From Desulfurella sp. (lineage in GTDB: Bacteria > Campylobacterota_A > Desulfurellia > Desulfurellales > Desulfurellaceae): a DNA stretch of 24,725 nucleotides. A program made the translations under genes and the position numbers. The notes below the pieces were generated by a model. The model made no database searches, was not told where the DNA came from, and saw nothing but the letters and a program-made list of their open reading frames with translations. Shown here one piece after another: positions 8,394-16,973 of the stretch. The DNA lies in assembly GCA_031960885.1 (NCBI GenBank), contig JAVRLY010000013.1, positions 1 through 24,725 of the forward strand. The letters are read 5' to 3'. Position 1 is the stretch's first letter; the number at the start of each line of letters is the position of its first letter.

Positions 8394-9853
8394 AATTTTC
8401 CTCCAAAAATAGTTTTTAATACAAAATCTAAGCTATTATTATCGTTTGAGTGAATTGTTATGGCATTTTGAGGTTTTTCGAATACTTCTTTTTGCTTAAA
8501 ATAAATTTCAACTGTACCATCTGAAATACTAGGCTTTAAGAGACGTTTTTTTAAATTTTGCAAGATAGTTTGTTCATTTATGTCTAAAAAAACGAAATGT
8601 GGTTTTATACCAATATTATCTGTGGCTTTAATCAAATCTTGCCTGTATTGATTTTTTATGTAAGTAGCATCCAATATTACATTGTAGCCTTCTTTTAAAG
8701 ATTTGTAAGCTTTCCATTTCAGCGCATTATAGACTATCTTGGAATGTTTAGGTGTGTAAATGCCACTTTCAAATTTAGCATTACTTTTACCTGTAAATAA
8801 TTCTTTTCTTATTACATCAGAAGAATATAGCTTTGCGTTAATTTTTTTGGCTAACATATCACTAAAATAGCTTTTGCCACTGCCTGTTAAGCCAACCATA
8901 ACTATAAGTACAGGCTTGTATTTGCTATCAATATATTTATATGACAAGTCAAAGTATTTTGTAGCTAATTGTGCATTATTTTCAAAATAAGCAATTTTGC
9001 CCCTAACGTAGGCTCTATAAACTTTGTAAAATGTTAAAACTTCTTTTAATGAATAATCTTGAGTAAACTCTATATATTTTTCTAAAAAGATATTTGCTAA
9101 ATCATATCTCTTATAAAATTCTAAATCCATAACTAAAAATGCCACATCGCTTGCAACATCAGAATACCTAAAACGATCATTAAACTCAATGCAATCGTAA
9201 ATGTATATTTTATCAGCAATACAGATATTATGAGAGTACAAATCACCGTGGCAATCCCTTATTTTTTGTTCTCTTATGCGTTTTTGCCAATCATAGGTGT
9301 CTAAAAAGTCATTTGTATAATTTCTTATTGCCTCAAATTGGTGTTTAGTTAAAAATTTACCTTGTGCGTCAAAGGTTTGGTTAAAATTTTCATCTGTGTT
9401 TATTTTGATGTATTCTTTTTGACCAAACTTACTAATATCATCACTTAATTGGGCATTTAGGTGAAATTTTGCTATTAATTGGGCAAGATTTTCAATATCT
9501 GATATTTTTAGGCTATCTTTTTGAAGCAATGTATCCATCATTTTATCATTAGGTAGCTTTTTCATAGCTACAGCATATTCTACAACCTCGCCTTTGCCAC
9601 CAATAAAGAAATTACCATTGTTTTTTGTAATAGGAACAACACCAAGATACAAATCGTTAGAAAATCTTTTGTTTAACTCAACTTCTTTTTCGCAGTAAAA
9701 TTTTCTTTTTTCTAGCGTGGTAAAATCTAAAAAGCCAAAATTTACAGGTTTTTTTATCTTATACACAGTATTATTTATTAGCACATAAGAAATATGCGTT
9801 TCAATCAATGTTGCATTGAGCTGTTTTTTTAAGCTTTCGATTAATTGATTCAT
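8390..9853 (-). CDS. Bifunctional aminoglycoside-phosphotransferase-like / AAA_33 P-loop kinase protein
   Basis: ETHISYV, YKIKKPVNFGFLDF, CHGDLYSHNI and YDCIEFN (APH fold); C-terminal GLTGSGKS, SSDVIRKEL, ILDATY (P-loop kinase). Likely start is ATG 9853 (MNQLIESL), not 9955. Confidence 0.85.
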   Translation of the reverse strand: MNQLIESLKKQLNATLIETHISYVLINNTVYKIKKPVNFGFLDFTTLEKRKFYCEKEVELNKRFSNDLYLGVVPITKNNGNFFIGGKGEVVEYAVAMKKLPNDKMMDTLLQKDSLKISDIENLAQLIAKFHLNAQLSDDISKFGQKEYIKINTDENFNQTFDAQGKFLTKHQFEAIRNYTNDFLDTYDWQKRIREQKIRDCHGDLYSHNICIADKIYIYDCIEFNDRFRYSDVASDVAFLVMDLEFYKRYDLANIFLEKYIEFTQDYSLKEVLTFYKVYRAYVRGKIAYFENNAQLATKYFDLSYKYIDSKYKPVLIVMVGLTGSGKSYFSDMLAKKINAKLYSSDVIRKELFTGKSNAKFESGIYTPKHSKIVYNALKWKAYKSLKEGYNVILDATYIKNQYRQDLIKATDNIGIKPHFVFLDINEQTILQNLKKRLLKPSISDGTVEIYFKQKEVFEKPQNAITIHSNDNNSLDFVLKTIFGGKL

Positions 9854-10937
9854 AATAAGAGTATATACAGCCACAATAATTTTGTCTATAAAAATTAAAG
9901 GACTTTGAAAGTTCGCAAGAGCGTTTAAAACCATCCTTTTTTTTAAAATCTTCATCTAAGAATTCTACACTTAAAGTCTCAAGTGTTTTGCCTATATTTC
10001 TTATTTTATCATATTTTTTTAGTGGGCTAACTGATAATGTGGTCGTAAAGTAATCAAAATTATGTTTTTTTGCATAAATAGCTGTATTGTACAATCTATA
10101 AGCATAGCACACAGTGCATCTTTTTGAACCTTCTGGGTAATGTTTGTATGTTTTAATTTTTTTAAACCATTCGTGTGGGTTATATGATGGCACAATTAGT
10201 GGTAAATGGTGATAGTCGCATAACTGCCTAATTTCTTTTAATCTTAACTCATACTCTTTTTTTGGCTGTATATTTGGGTTAAAAAAATACACACTGAGTC
10301 TAAATTTATCTATTAGGCGCTCTATAACGCTTGTTGCACAGGGCGCACAACACGCATGCAATAGTAGTTTTGGTTTGAATGTGTTATTAATAAATTGTTT
10401 TATTGGCTGGAAACTTTTTCTGTGGATATCACAAGTGCCATACTTCATTAAAGCTTGGGCATGTTTTTTTGTACCGTAACCTTTGTGATGATCAAATTCA
10501 TATAAAGGATATTTTTGAGACATAAGCTTCATATAGCGATCTCTGCTTACTTTTGCAATGATTGAAGCAGCTGATATACAAGGCACTTTTGCATCACCAT
10601 CTATTATGGTTTTGTATTTTATATGTAGATTCAAATGATCTTTACCATCAATGAGCAATATATCTGGCTTATAAGGCATATTTTCTATTGCCCTTTTTAT
10701 TGATAATTCAAATGCTTTGACAATACCAAATGTGTCGATTTCATCATTTGTAGCTATACCAATACCAAAGATGCTTTCTTTCACAAGAATATCATAAATC
10801 ATTTGGCGTTTTTTTTCAGATAAAACTTTAGAATCCTTTACAATACTATAAAGGTGTTTTGGAAGTATACAAGCAGCGCTAACAATTGGACCAGCCCAGG
10901 GACCTCTTCCTGCTTCATCTACACCAGCTACTTGCAT
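9801..10937 (-). CDS. rnhB: Fusion protein: N-terminal ribonuclease HII plus C-terminal epoxyqueuosine reductase QueH (DUF208)
   Basis: aa 1 to about 185: GVDEAGRGP, DSK, LIDG, GDAK..ISAASIIAKV.RD, HKGYGT, HRKSF. aa about 188-378: LLLHACCAPC, FFNPNIQP..EY..R, EGSKRCTVCYAYRL, FTTTL, YRQNYCGCIYS. Single open frame. Confidence 0.92.
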   Translation of the reverse strand: MQVAGVDEAGRGPWAGPIVSAACILPKHLYSIVKDSKVLSEKKRQMIYDILVKESIFGIGIATNDEIDTFGIVKAFELSIKRAIENMPYKPDILLIDGKDHLNLHIKYKTIIDGDAKVPCISAASIIAKVSRDRYMKLMSQKYPLYEFDHHKGYGTKKHAQALMKYGTCDIHRKSFQPIKQFINNTFKPKLLLHACCAPCATSVIERLIDKFRLSVYFFNPNIQPKKEYELRLKEIRQLCDYHHLPLIVPSYNPHEWFKKIKTYKHYPEGSKRCTVCYAYRLYNTAIYAKKHNFDYFTTTLSVSPLKKYDKIRNIGKTLETLSVEFLDEDFKKKDGFKRSCELSKSFNFYRQNYCGCIYSYYESINRKLKKTAQCNID

Positions 10938-11803
10938 AGTGAGTTTTTTTTGGCAAAAACATGGGAATATTTAGGTTTATTTAAATAATTAGAAACCACA
11001 GAGCATTTTATTATAAACAAAAAATATACCCTATCATCATCAAATTCTGAAAGTGTTTCAAAATTGCCCTGACCTTTTGAAATAATTATATCTGCCGTTT
11101 TGTAAATTTCTTTGCATTCATCATTGCAATAATCAGGCCAAAAACCCGGTGTGGGCTTTGTGCTTTCTATAATTGGACCAATGTCTTCTAAGCCTAACCC
11201 TTCAATATCGTTTCGTGTTACATCGTTTATTATGGGTTTACCGCGCAAAGCTATGTAAATTTTAATATTGGGGTATAATGATTTGATAGTTTCTAAAAAT
11301 AATTTATCAAATACGATTTCGCCAGCATTATCAGCCAAAAACAACAATATGTTAGCTTTTTCAATCTGTTGTCTAAACTGTTCAATATCGCTAACGATGA
11401 AACCTTCATTAATGGCTTTTGAGATAGTTTCTTTAATATCAAATTTTTCTACTTGCGAGCCAAAATCTATAATATTGCCTGCAACTGAGATATTGATAGC
11501 TGCTTGCAATTTATCTTGAGCACTGTCAATATATTTTTTTAAATCATCAACATACTTAAGTGCAATGTTGTTGTATTTTTTCTTGATCTCACTGTATGGG
11601 TCATTATGGTTTAGTGTTTTTGTAATAGAACCATATACATACTCAGAAATTAGTGGTGGTGGCACATCATAGTTAAGTGTGGATAATACTTGCGCAACAT
11701 TTTTTAAGGCTAAAATAGCTTCTTCATCTTTTTTTATGGTTATTTGCGCTACCCTAATAGCTTGGGATACAAAACAAACAAAACATTCTGGCTTTGCTTT
11801 CAC
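10928..11803 (-). CDS. DUF89/ARMT1-like damage-control metal-dependent phosphatase
   Basis: N-terminal ECFVC..Q, DPY..K..N, AGNIIDFG, DNAGEIVFD, INDVT, ISKGQGNFETL, IKC..V; GTG start. Confidence 0.9.
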   Translation of the reverse strand: MKAKPECFVCFVSQAIRVAQITIKKDEEAILALKNVAQVLSTLNYDVPPPLISEYVYGSITKTLNHNDPYSEIKKKYNNIALKYVDDLKKYIDSAQDKLQAAINISVAGNIIDFGSQVEKFDIKETISKAINEGFIVSDIEQFRQQIEKANILLFLADNAGEIVFDKLFLETIKSLYPNIKIYIALRGKPIINDVTRNDIEGLGLEDIGPIIESTKPTPGFWPDYCNDECKEIYKTADIIISKGQGNFETLSEFDDDRVYFLFIIKCSVVSNYLNKPKYSHVFAKKNSLCK

Positions 11804-11811
11804 AATTTAAA

Positions 11812-11871
11812 ATTATACTTAAAAAAATAGCGATGTAAAGGTTTTACAAAGTACCAGATTTATGCTAATAT
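11812..11871. promoter_or_regulatory. Back-to-back divergent sigma70-like promoters
   Basis: - strand: TTTACA (11839-11834), 16 nt, TATAAT (11817-11812). + strand: TTTACA (11843-11848), 17 nt, TAATAT (11866-11871) with TG at 11863-11864. Confidence 0.6.
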
Positions 11872-11877
11872 ATATAT

Positions 11878-12186
11878 ATGAAAAAAATTGACTCTATTGA
11901 GGCTTTTGAAAGAGTTATTGATTGTTCAACTCCAATTGGAATCCTATTTAGCACAAGCGATTGTTCAACATGTAAAGCACTTGCGTTAAAATTAAAAGAT
12001 AAAGAAAACTTTTTTGAAATTGACATTGAAAGCTTGCCCTCTATTGTTTCTATTTCACATATATTTGCTGCACCCACTATCGCTATTTATCTAAATAAAA
12101 AACAAATTAATGTTTTTAGTGGTGTTTTTTCTCTAGATGAAGTCTTAGATTATATTAATAGGATAAAAAACTATGTATGTACATGA
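11878..12186 (+). CDS. Thioredoxin-like protein (CxxC)
   Basis: FSTSDCSTCKAL, IFAAPTIAIY (cis-Pro loop), FSG; 102 aa. Confidence 0.75.
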   Translation: MKKIDSIEAFERVIDCSTPIGILFSTSDCSTCKALALKLKDKENFFEIDIESLPSIVSISHIFAAPTIAIYLNKKQINVFSGVFSLDEVLDYINRIKNYVCT

Positions 12187-12901
12187 ATCAATTTTTGAGA
12201 TAGCTAAATCAAAAGCTTTGGAATTTGAGATTAGTGATATTAGAATTGGTCTTGGCTATACATGTGTGGAGCTAAATGGCAAAAACTTGGGCCTTTCATA
12301 CACGTTTGCTAAAGAATTAAACACTCTAAGTTGTAATGTGTTAGATATTGGACAAAGTATAATTGGCAAAAAAGCTATTGAGCTTATAAATGGAATTTTT
12401 TCTTACAATTTACTAGATAGTGCTTTAGCAATTGCTTGTGCAAACGCTATCTTAAATAAACCACAAGAGAATTACACGGATTTTCTAAGCCTTATTGATG
12501 AACAAAAAAATGTTGTAATGGTAGGATATTTTGCACCAATCATAGATAAGATTAAAAATAAGGCAAAAAGTCTAAAAATCATAGAACGCGATAGTAGATT
12601 TGGCTCTTTGCCAGATTGGGCAGCTTTTTTTGAGTTAAAACAATGTGATATCGCCATTATATCAGCAACAACACTTGTTAATAAAACCGTTGATAGCATA
12701 CTTAATTTCTCAAATGCTCAGTATAACATTATCTTAGGCGCAACATGTACAATGTCAAAAGAGGCATTTTCTCACACAAACGCCACTCATTTGTGCGGCG
12801 TTAGCATATTAGATAAGGATAAAGTGAAAACATTGATAAGTCTTGCAGCTGGCACAAGGCTTATTTCAAAGTACACTAAAAAAGAGTGCGTTGTATGTTA
12901 A
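12173..12901 (+). CDS. DUF364 (COG2014) family protein: N-terminal DUF4213-like plus Rossmann-like domain
   Basis: DIRIGLGYTCV, ALAIACANA, VVMVGYFAP, CDIAIISATTLVNKTVDSIL, ILGATC. Confidence 0.8.
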   Translation: MYVHESIFEIAKSKALEFEISDIRIGLGYTCVELNGKNLGLSYTFAKELNTLSCNVLDIGQSIIGKKAIELINGIFSYNLLDSALAIACANAILNKPQENYTDFLSLIDEQKNVVMVGYFAPIIDKIKNKAKSLKIIERDSRFGSLPDWAAFFELKQCDIAIISATTLVNKTVDSILNFSNAQYNIILGATCTMSKEAFSHTNATHLCGVSILDKDKVKTLISLAAGTRLISKYTKKECVVC

Positions 12902-13566
12902 TTTTATCTAAGGCTTTAGAAAAAGTATTGCCGATTATTGATAATGACAAACTACTAGGCGAGTATGTCGAATTTAAAACAGAAGATAACATTTTGTTTA
13001 CAAAATTTTTAACATCGTTTAGCGAAGGCTTGAGTTTTAAACAAATAGAGCAAACATTAAGCGTGAAAGATTTAATCAGCATGGATTTGACTGACGATAC
13101 ATCCAAAGAATTGATAGTTGGCTTTTTAAATGCTTTTGTTAATTTTTACTATAAGGAAGATACCACTTCTTTTTGTAATAATAAAACACTATGTTTTAAT
13201 GAAATAGGCAAAAGATTATCAAAGCGATACGGCCCTGATTTAAGTGTATGTTTTATAGATACCAAAAGTGATAACCTAAATATCTTGTCAAATTATAATT
13301 TTAAAATAGATTTTTTGGATTTTAAAATAGATTTTTTGGATTTTATTGATAGCGATTTTGAAAATCGTGTATATAATTGCGTATCTAATAATTTTTTGGT
13401 ATTATGCAATGGGTATTGCTTAACAAAGCCAGTTGCAGATGAGATTTTAGAGGTATCATCAATGGATAATAAAAATAGGCTGGTTATTTTTTTTGGGCCT
13501 CAAAGCGCATTTGTAAGTTTAATTGGCCTAAAAAGGCTTTGCTTTTTAAAAGAAGTAGGAGGATAA
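12895..13566 (+). CDS. Divergent DUF364-like hypothetical protein
   Basis: KELIVGFLNA, VLCNGYCL...DEIL and VIFFGP..LIGLKRLC resemble DUF364 motifs; ATG 12895 overlaps the upstream stop (GTG 12886 is an alternative start). Confidence 0.55.
   Translation: MLILSKALEKVLPIIDNDKLLGEYVEFKTEDNILFTKFLTSFSEGLSFKQIEQTLSVKDLISMDLTDDTSKELIVGFLNAFVNFYYKEDTTSFCNNKTLCFNEIGKRLSKRYGPDLSVCFIDTKSDNLNILSNYNFKIDFLDFKIDFLDFIDSDFENRVYNCVSNNFLVLCNGYCLTKPVADEILEVSSMDNKNRLVIFFGPQSAFVSLIGLKRLCFLKEVGG
13298..13345 (+). repeat. 21-bp perfect tandem repeat (about 2.3 copies), in frame
   Basis: ATTTTAAAATAGATTTTTTGG at 13298-13318 and 13319-13339, plus ATTTTA; encodes FKIDFLD twice. Confidence 0.92.
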
Positions 13567-14490
13567 ATGGTTTACCATTATTTGAGTCCGACAGATTTTA
13601 GCACGCAAGAGACACTAAAAATCATAGATGATGCGTTTGAAATAAAAAACAAAATCAAAAAAAGGCAAGACTATAAACCATTTAAAGATTATATATTAGC
13701 AATGATTTTTGAAAAATCTTCAACACGCACAAGGGTATCTTTTGAATCAGGATTTAAAAAACTTGGCGGACAAACAATATTTTTGTCATCAAAGGACATA
13801 CAGTTAGGCAGGGGCGAAACGATACAAGATACAGCCAAAGTCATATCAAGCTATTGCGATATCATCATGATTCGTACTTTTGAGCATCAAAGATTAATTG
13901 ATTTTTCTTCTTGCTCTAGTGTTCCGATAATTAATGGCTTAAGCGATTTATTGCACCCTTGTCAAACACTTGCAGATATGCTTACAATAAAAGAATATTT
14001 TGGCACTTTGGAAAATATAAAATTGGCATATGTAGGTGATGGCAACAACATAGCAAATTCTTTACTTTTGCATTGTGCTATGCTTGGTATTGATATAGCA
14101 ATTGCAACTCCACAAGATTATAGTCCAAGTGGTTTAATTGTAAAAGAAGCGTTAGAGATTTCAAAAATTAGTGGTTCAAATATTGTTATCGCAGATGACC
14201 CAATAGAAGCTGTAAGCGGAGCAAATGTAATCTATACTGATGTATGGGCATCTATGGGACAAGAAGAACAAAAAGAAAAAAAACATTCATTATTGAAAAA
14301 ATATCAAGTTAACGAAGACTTATGCGCGTATGCAGATAACAATTTCATTTTTATGCATTGTCTTCCAGCTCATAGAGAAGAAGAAGTAGTAAGTTCTGTT
14401 ATAGATGGCAAACATTCTGTAGTATTTATACAGGCAGAAAATCGTCTGTATGCTCAAATGGCAATAATTTTTAAGTTATTAAAGGAGTAG
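13567..14490 (+). CDS. argF: Ornithine carbamoyltransferase
   Basis: FEKSSTRTR, HPCQTLAD, YVGDGNN, YTDVWASMG, FMHCLP, QAENR; SD GGAGGA. Confidence 0.97.
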   Translation: MVYHYLSPTDFSTQETLKIIDDAFEIKNKIKKRQDYKPFKDYILAMIFEKSSTRTRVSFESGFKKLGGQTIFLSSKDIQLGRGETIQDTAKVISSYCDIIMIRTFEHQRLIDFSSCSSVPIINGLSDLLHPCQTLADMLTIKEYFGTLENIKLAYVGDGNNIANSLLLHCAMLGIDIAIATPQDYSPSGLIVKEALEISKISGSNIVIADDPIEAVSGANVIYTDVWASMGQEEQKEKKHSLLKKYQVNEDLCAYADNNFIFMHCLPAHREEEVVSSVIDGKHSVVFIQAENRLYAQMAIIFKLLKE

Positions 14491-14493
14491 CGT

Positions 14494-15699
14494 ATGAATG
14501 TAAAAAAAGTAGTTTTAGCTTATTCTGGCGGTCTTGATACATCGGTTATCATTAAATGGTTAATGGATAAATACAATTGCGAGGTTATTACGTACACTGC
14601 TGATTTGGGTCAAAATGAACCCCTTGAGCCAATAAAAGCAAAAGCTCTAAAAACTGGTGCAACAAAAGCATATGTAGAAGATGTGAGGAAAGAGTTTTTG
14701 GAAGACTATGTAATGAAAGCATTTAAAATGAATGCACTGTATGAAAACAAGTATCCTTTGGCAACAGCACTTGGTAGGCCTCTTATAACAAAAAAACTAG
14801 TAGAAGTAGCCATTCAAGAGAAAGCTGATGCAATAGCCCATGGCTCAACGGGCAAAGGTAATGATCAGGTTAGGTTTGATGTTTCTGCTGTAGCTTTAAA
14901 ACCAGATATAAAGGTGCTTGTACCCATTAGGGATTGGGAGTTAAAATCCAGAGAAGAAGAAATTGAGTATGCCAAAAAGTTTAATATAGACATACCAATA
15001 ACCAAAGAAAAGCCCTATTCAATAGATAGAAATATTTGGGGTGTAGCCATTGAAGCGGGTATTTTAGAAAACCCAGAGCAAGAAACGCCAGAAGATATTT
15101 TTTCTTTGACAAAAAACCCACTTGAAGCGCCAAAAGAACCTCAATATGTGACAATTGGGTTTGAGCGTTCTATACCTACAAGCATAGATGGCCACAAAAT
15201 GCCTCTTGTAGATTTAGTTGAACACTTAAACCATATTGCAGGCAATCACGGCGTTGGCAGAATTGACATGATTGAAAACAGACTGGTTGGTATAAAATCA
15301 AGGGAAGTGTATGAAGCGCCTGCTGCTGTAGTATTACTTGAAGCAAAAAGAGCTCTTGAACAGCTTGTGCTTGATCGTGAATCAATGCATTTTAAAGACC
15401 AGCTGGCCATAAAATATGCTGAAATTGTATATTATGGATTGTGGTTTTCGCCATTGAGAGAAGCACTTGATGCTTTTGCAGATAGATTATGCGAAAATAT
15501 AACAGGCGAAGTTACTATGAAGCTTTACAAAGGCTCAGCAGTTGCTGTTTCAAGAAAATCACCATACTCTTTATACAATAAAAATCTTGCGACATACGAT
15601 TCATCAGATACATTTAGGCATAAAGATGGTGAGGGTTTTTGCAATATATGGGGTTTACCACTTAAAGTAATAGCAAGTGTAAAAAACATGCAAAAATAA
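14494..15699 (+). CDS. argG: Argininosuccinate synthase
   Basis: VLAYSGGLDTS, HGSTGKGNDQVRF, YSIDRNIWG, ENRLVGIKSREVYEAP. Confidence 0.98.
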   Translation: MNVKKVVLAYSGGLDTSVIIKWLMDKYNCEVITYTADLGQNEPLEPIKAKALKTGATKAYVEDVRKEFLEDYVMKAFKMNALYENKYPLATALGRPLITKKLVEVAIQEKADAIAHGSTGKGNDQVRFDVSAVALKPDIKVLVPIRDWELKSREEEIEYAKKFNIDIPITKEKPYSIDRNIWGVAIEAGILENPEQETPEDIFSLTKNPLEAPKEPQYVTIGFERSIPTSIDGHKMPLVDLVEHLNHIAGNHGVGRIDMIENRLVGIKSREVYEAPAAVVLLEAKRALEQLVLDRESMHFKDQLAIKYAEIVYYGLWFSPLREALDAFADRLCENITGEVTMKLYKGSAVAVSRKSPYSLYNKNLATYDSSDTFRHKDGEGFCNIWGLPLKVIASVKNMQK

Positions 15700-15714
15700 A
15701 TAGCTATTTAATTT

Positions 15715-16845
15715 ATGCCCCATGCAATAATAAAGACCACTAAAAATTTAGATCAAATAAAGTGTGTTGATGTTTTCTTATATAAAAACAGGGGCATTGT
15801 GCCCCTTAGTGATCCATATAATTGCTTTTTAGATATCTATAAAAAACAAAACGATTTATTGGTTATCAAACTTAATAAAACAACGCGCTTTATTGTAACA
15901 GATGAGCTTAAAAATTTAATTTATGAATTTGCAAAAAAGGTTGCCAATGATTTAAATTCGGAAATTATTCATCATAATTTAAAACCTACAAATACACACA
16001 TAGTATTATGCGATTGCTTTGAAAAAATTTTTGCTCAAAAAAAACTCATTACGCTAAGCACACCTATAAACAATTTAGAAATAGGCTTTGGAAAAGGTGA
16101 ATTTTTATTTGATTTAGCAGAAAAAAAACCAGATGAAGCTTTTTTTGGCATTGAGATATATGGCAAAGATTACTTAATTGCTCTAAACAATTGTTGTAAT
16201 CAGAAGCTAAAAAACGTAAAACTTATTAATTACGATGCAAAACACGCATTGGATTTATTTGAAAATAACAGTTTTGATAATATATACGTAAATTTTCCAG
16301 AGCCTTGGTTTAAGATTTATCGCATTAGACACTCTATTTTTAATAGGCTCACTTTCAAAAAAATCGTTGATAAAATTAAGCCACATGGTACTTTACATGT
16401 TGTAACTGATAATTACGCTTTTTCATTGTACAGTGCAGTTATCTCACATCATTTTGGCTTAGAACCAATAGATAACCGTTTTATTAGCGTGGATGATAAT
16501 ATCGATACAATGTATGCAAAAAAATGGCGCCGAAAAAACAGAATATTTTATAAACTTGAATTAAAGAAAAATTTCGCTTCAAAACCAGCTTTTTATAAAA
16601 CATTCGATTTTCCCGTTAAATTGAAGAAATTGAATTATAAAGATGAAGAGTTAATCTTTAAAGTATTGGGTATATATGAAAATAAAAATTATAACTACAA
16701 AATCATAGAGGTTGTTATTGGAAATTATTTAGCTCAACATGTTTTTTTTGGTTTTTCTAACAACATGATATTTTTGCTTCCACAAACATACTTCATATAT
16801 ACAAAAGATTTTTGTGATTGCTTAGATATTGTGCTTTCAATCTAA
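15715..16845 (+). CDS. trmB: tRNA (guanine46-N7)-methyltransferase, long Campylobacterota-type form
   Basis: LEIGFGKGEF, FGIEIY, NVKLINYDA, NFPEPWFK, VVTDN, TMYAKKW; N- and C-terminal extensions. Confidence 0.82.
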   Translation: MPHAIIKTTKNLDQIKCVDVFLYKNRGIVPLSDPYNCFLDIYKKQNDLLVIKLNKTTRFIVTDELKNLIYEFAKKVANDLNSEIIHHNLKPTNTHIVLCDCFEKIFAQKKLITLSTPINNLEIGFGKGEFLFDLAEKKPDEAFFGIEIYGKDYLIALNNCCNQKLKNVKLINYDAKHALDLFENNSFDNIYVNFPEPWFKIYRIRHSIFNRLTFKKIVDKIKPHGTLHVVTDNYAFSLYSAVISHHFGLEPIDNRFISVDDNIDTMYAKKWRRKNRIFYKLELKKNFASKPAFYKTFDFPVKLKKLNYKDEELIFKVLGIYENKNYNYKIIEVVIGNYLAQHVFFGFSNNMIFLLPQTYFIYTKDFCDCLDIVLSI

Positions 16846-16973
16846 TAAGATGAAAAATTTGATTTTTTTCTATCTAGCATATTTGTTGGCAAAATAGCCC
16901 TTAGTATTCAAATACAAAAAATCTCAAAAAGCGTTATATGTCAAGACTTCTTAGCCTAAATAGCGCATAAAGA

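Noticed and set aside
9854..9955. N-terminal extensions in the ORF track for the kinase (9955), acpS (7734), MBL hydrolase (19099), metG (20945) and ricT (21744)
   Set aside because: They run into upstream genes; downstream ATGs fit SD positions and/or family N-termini better.
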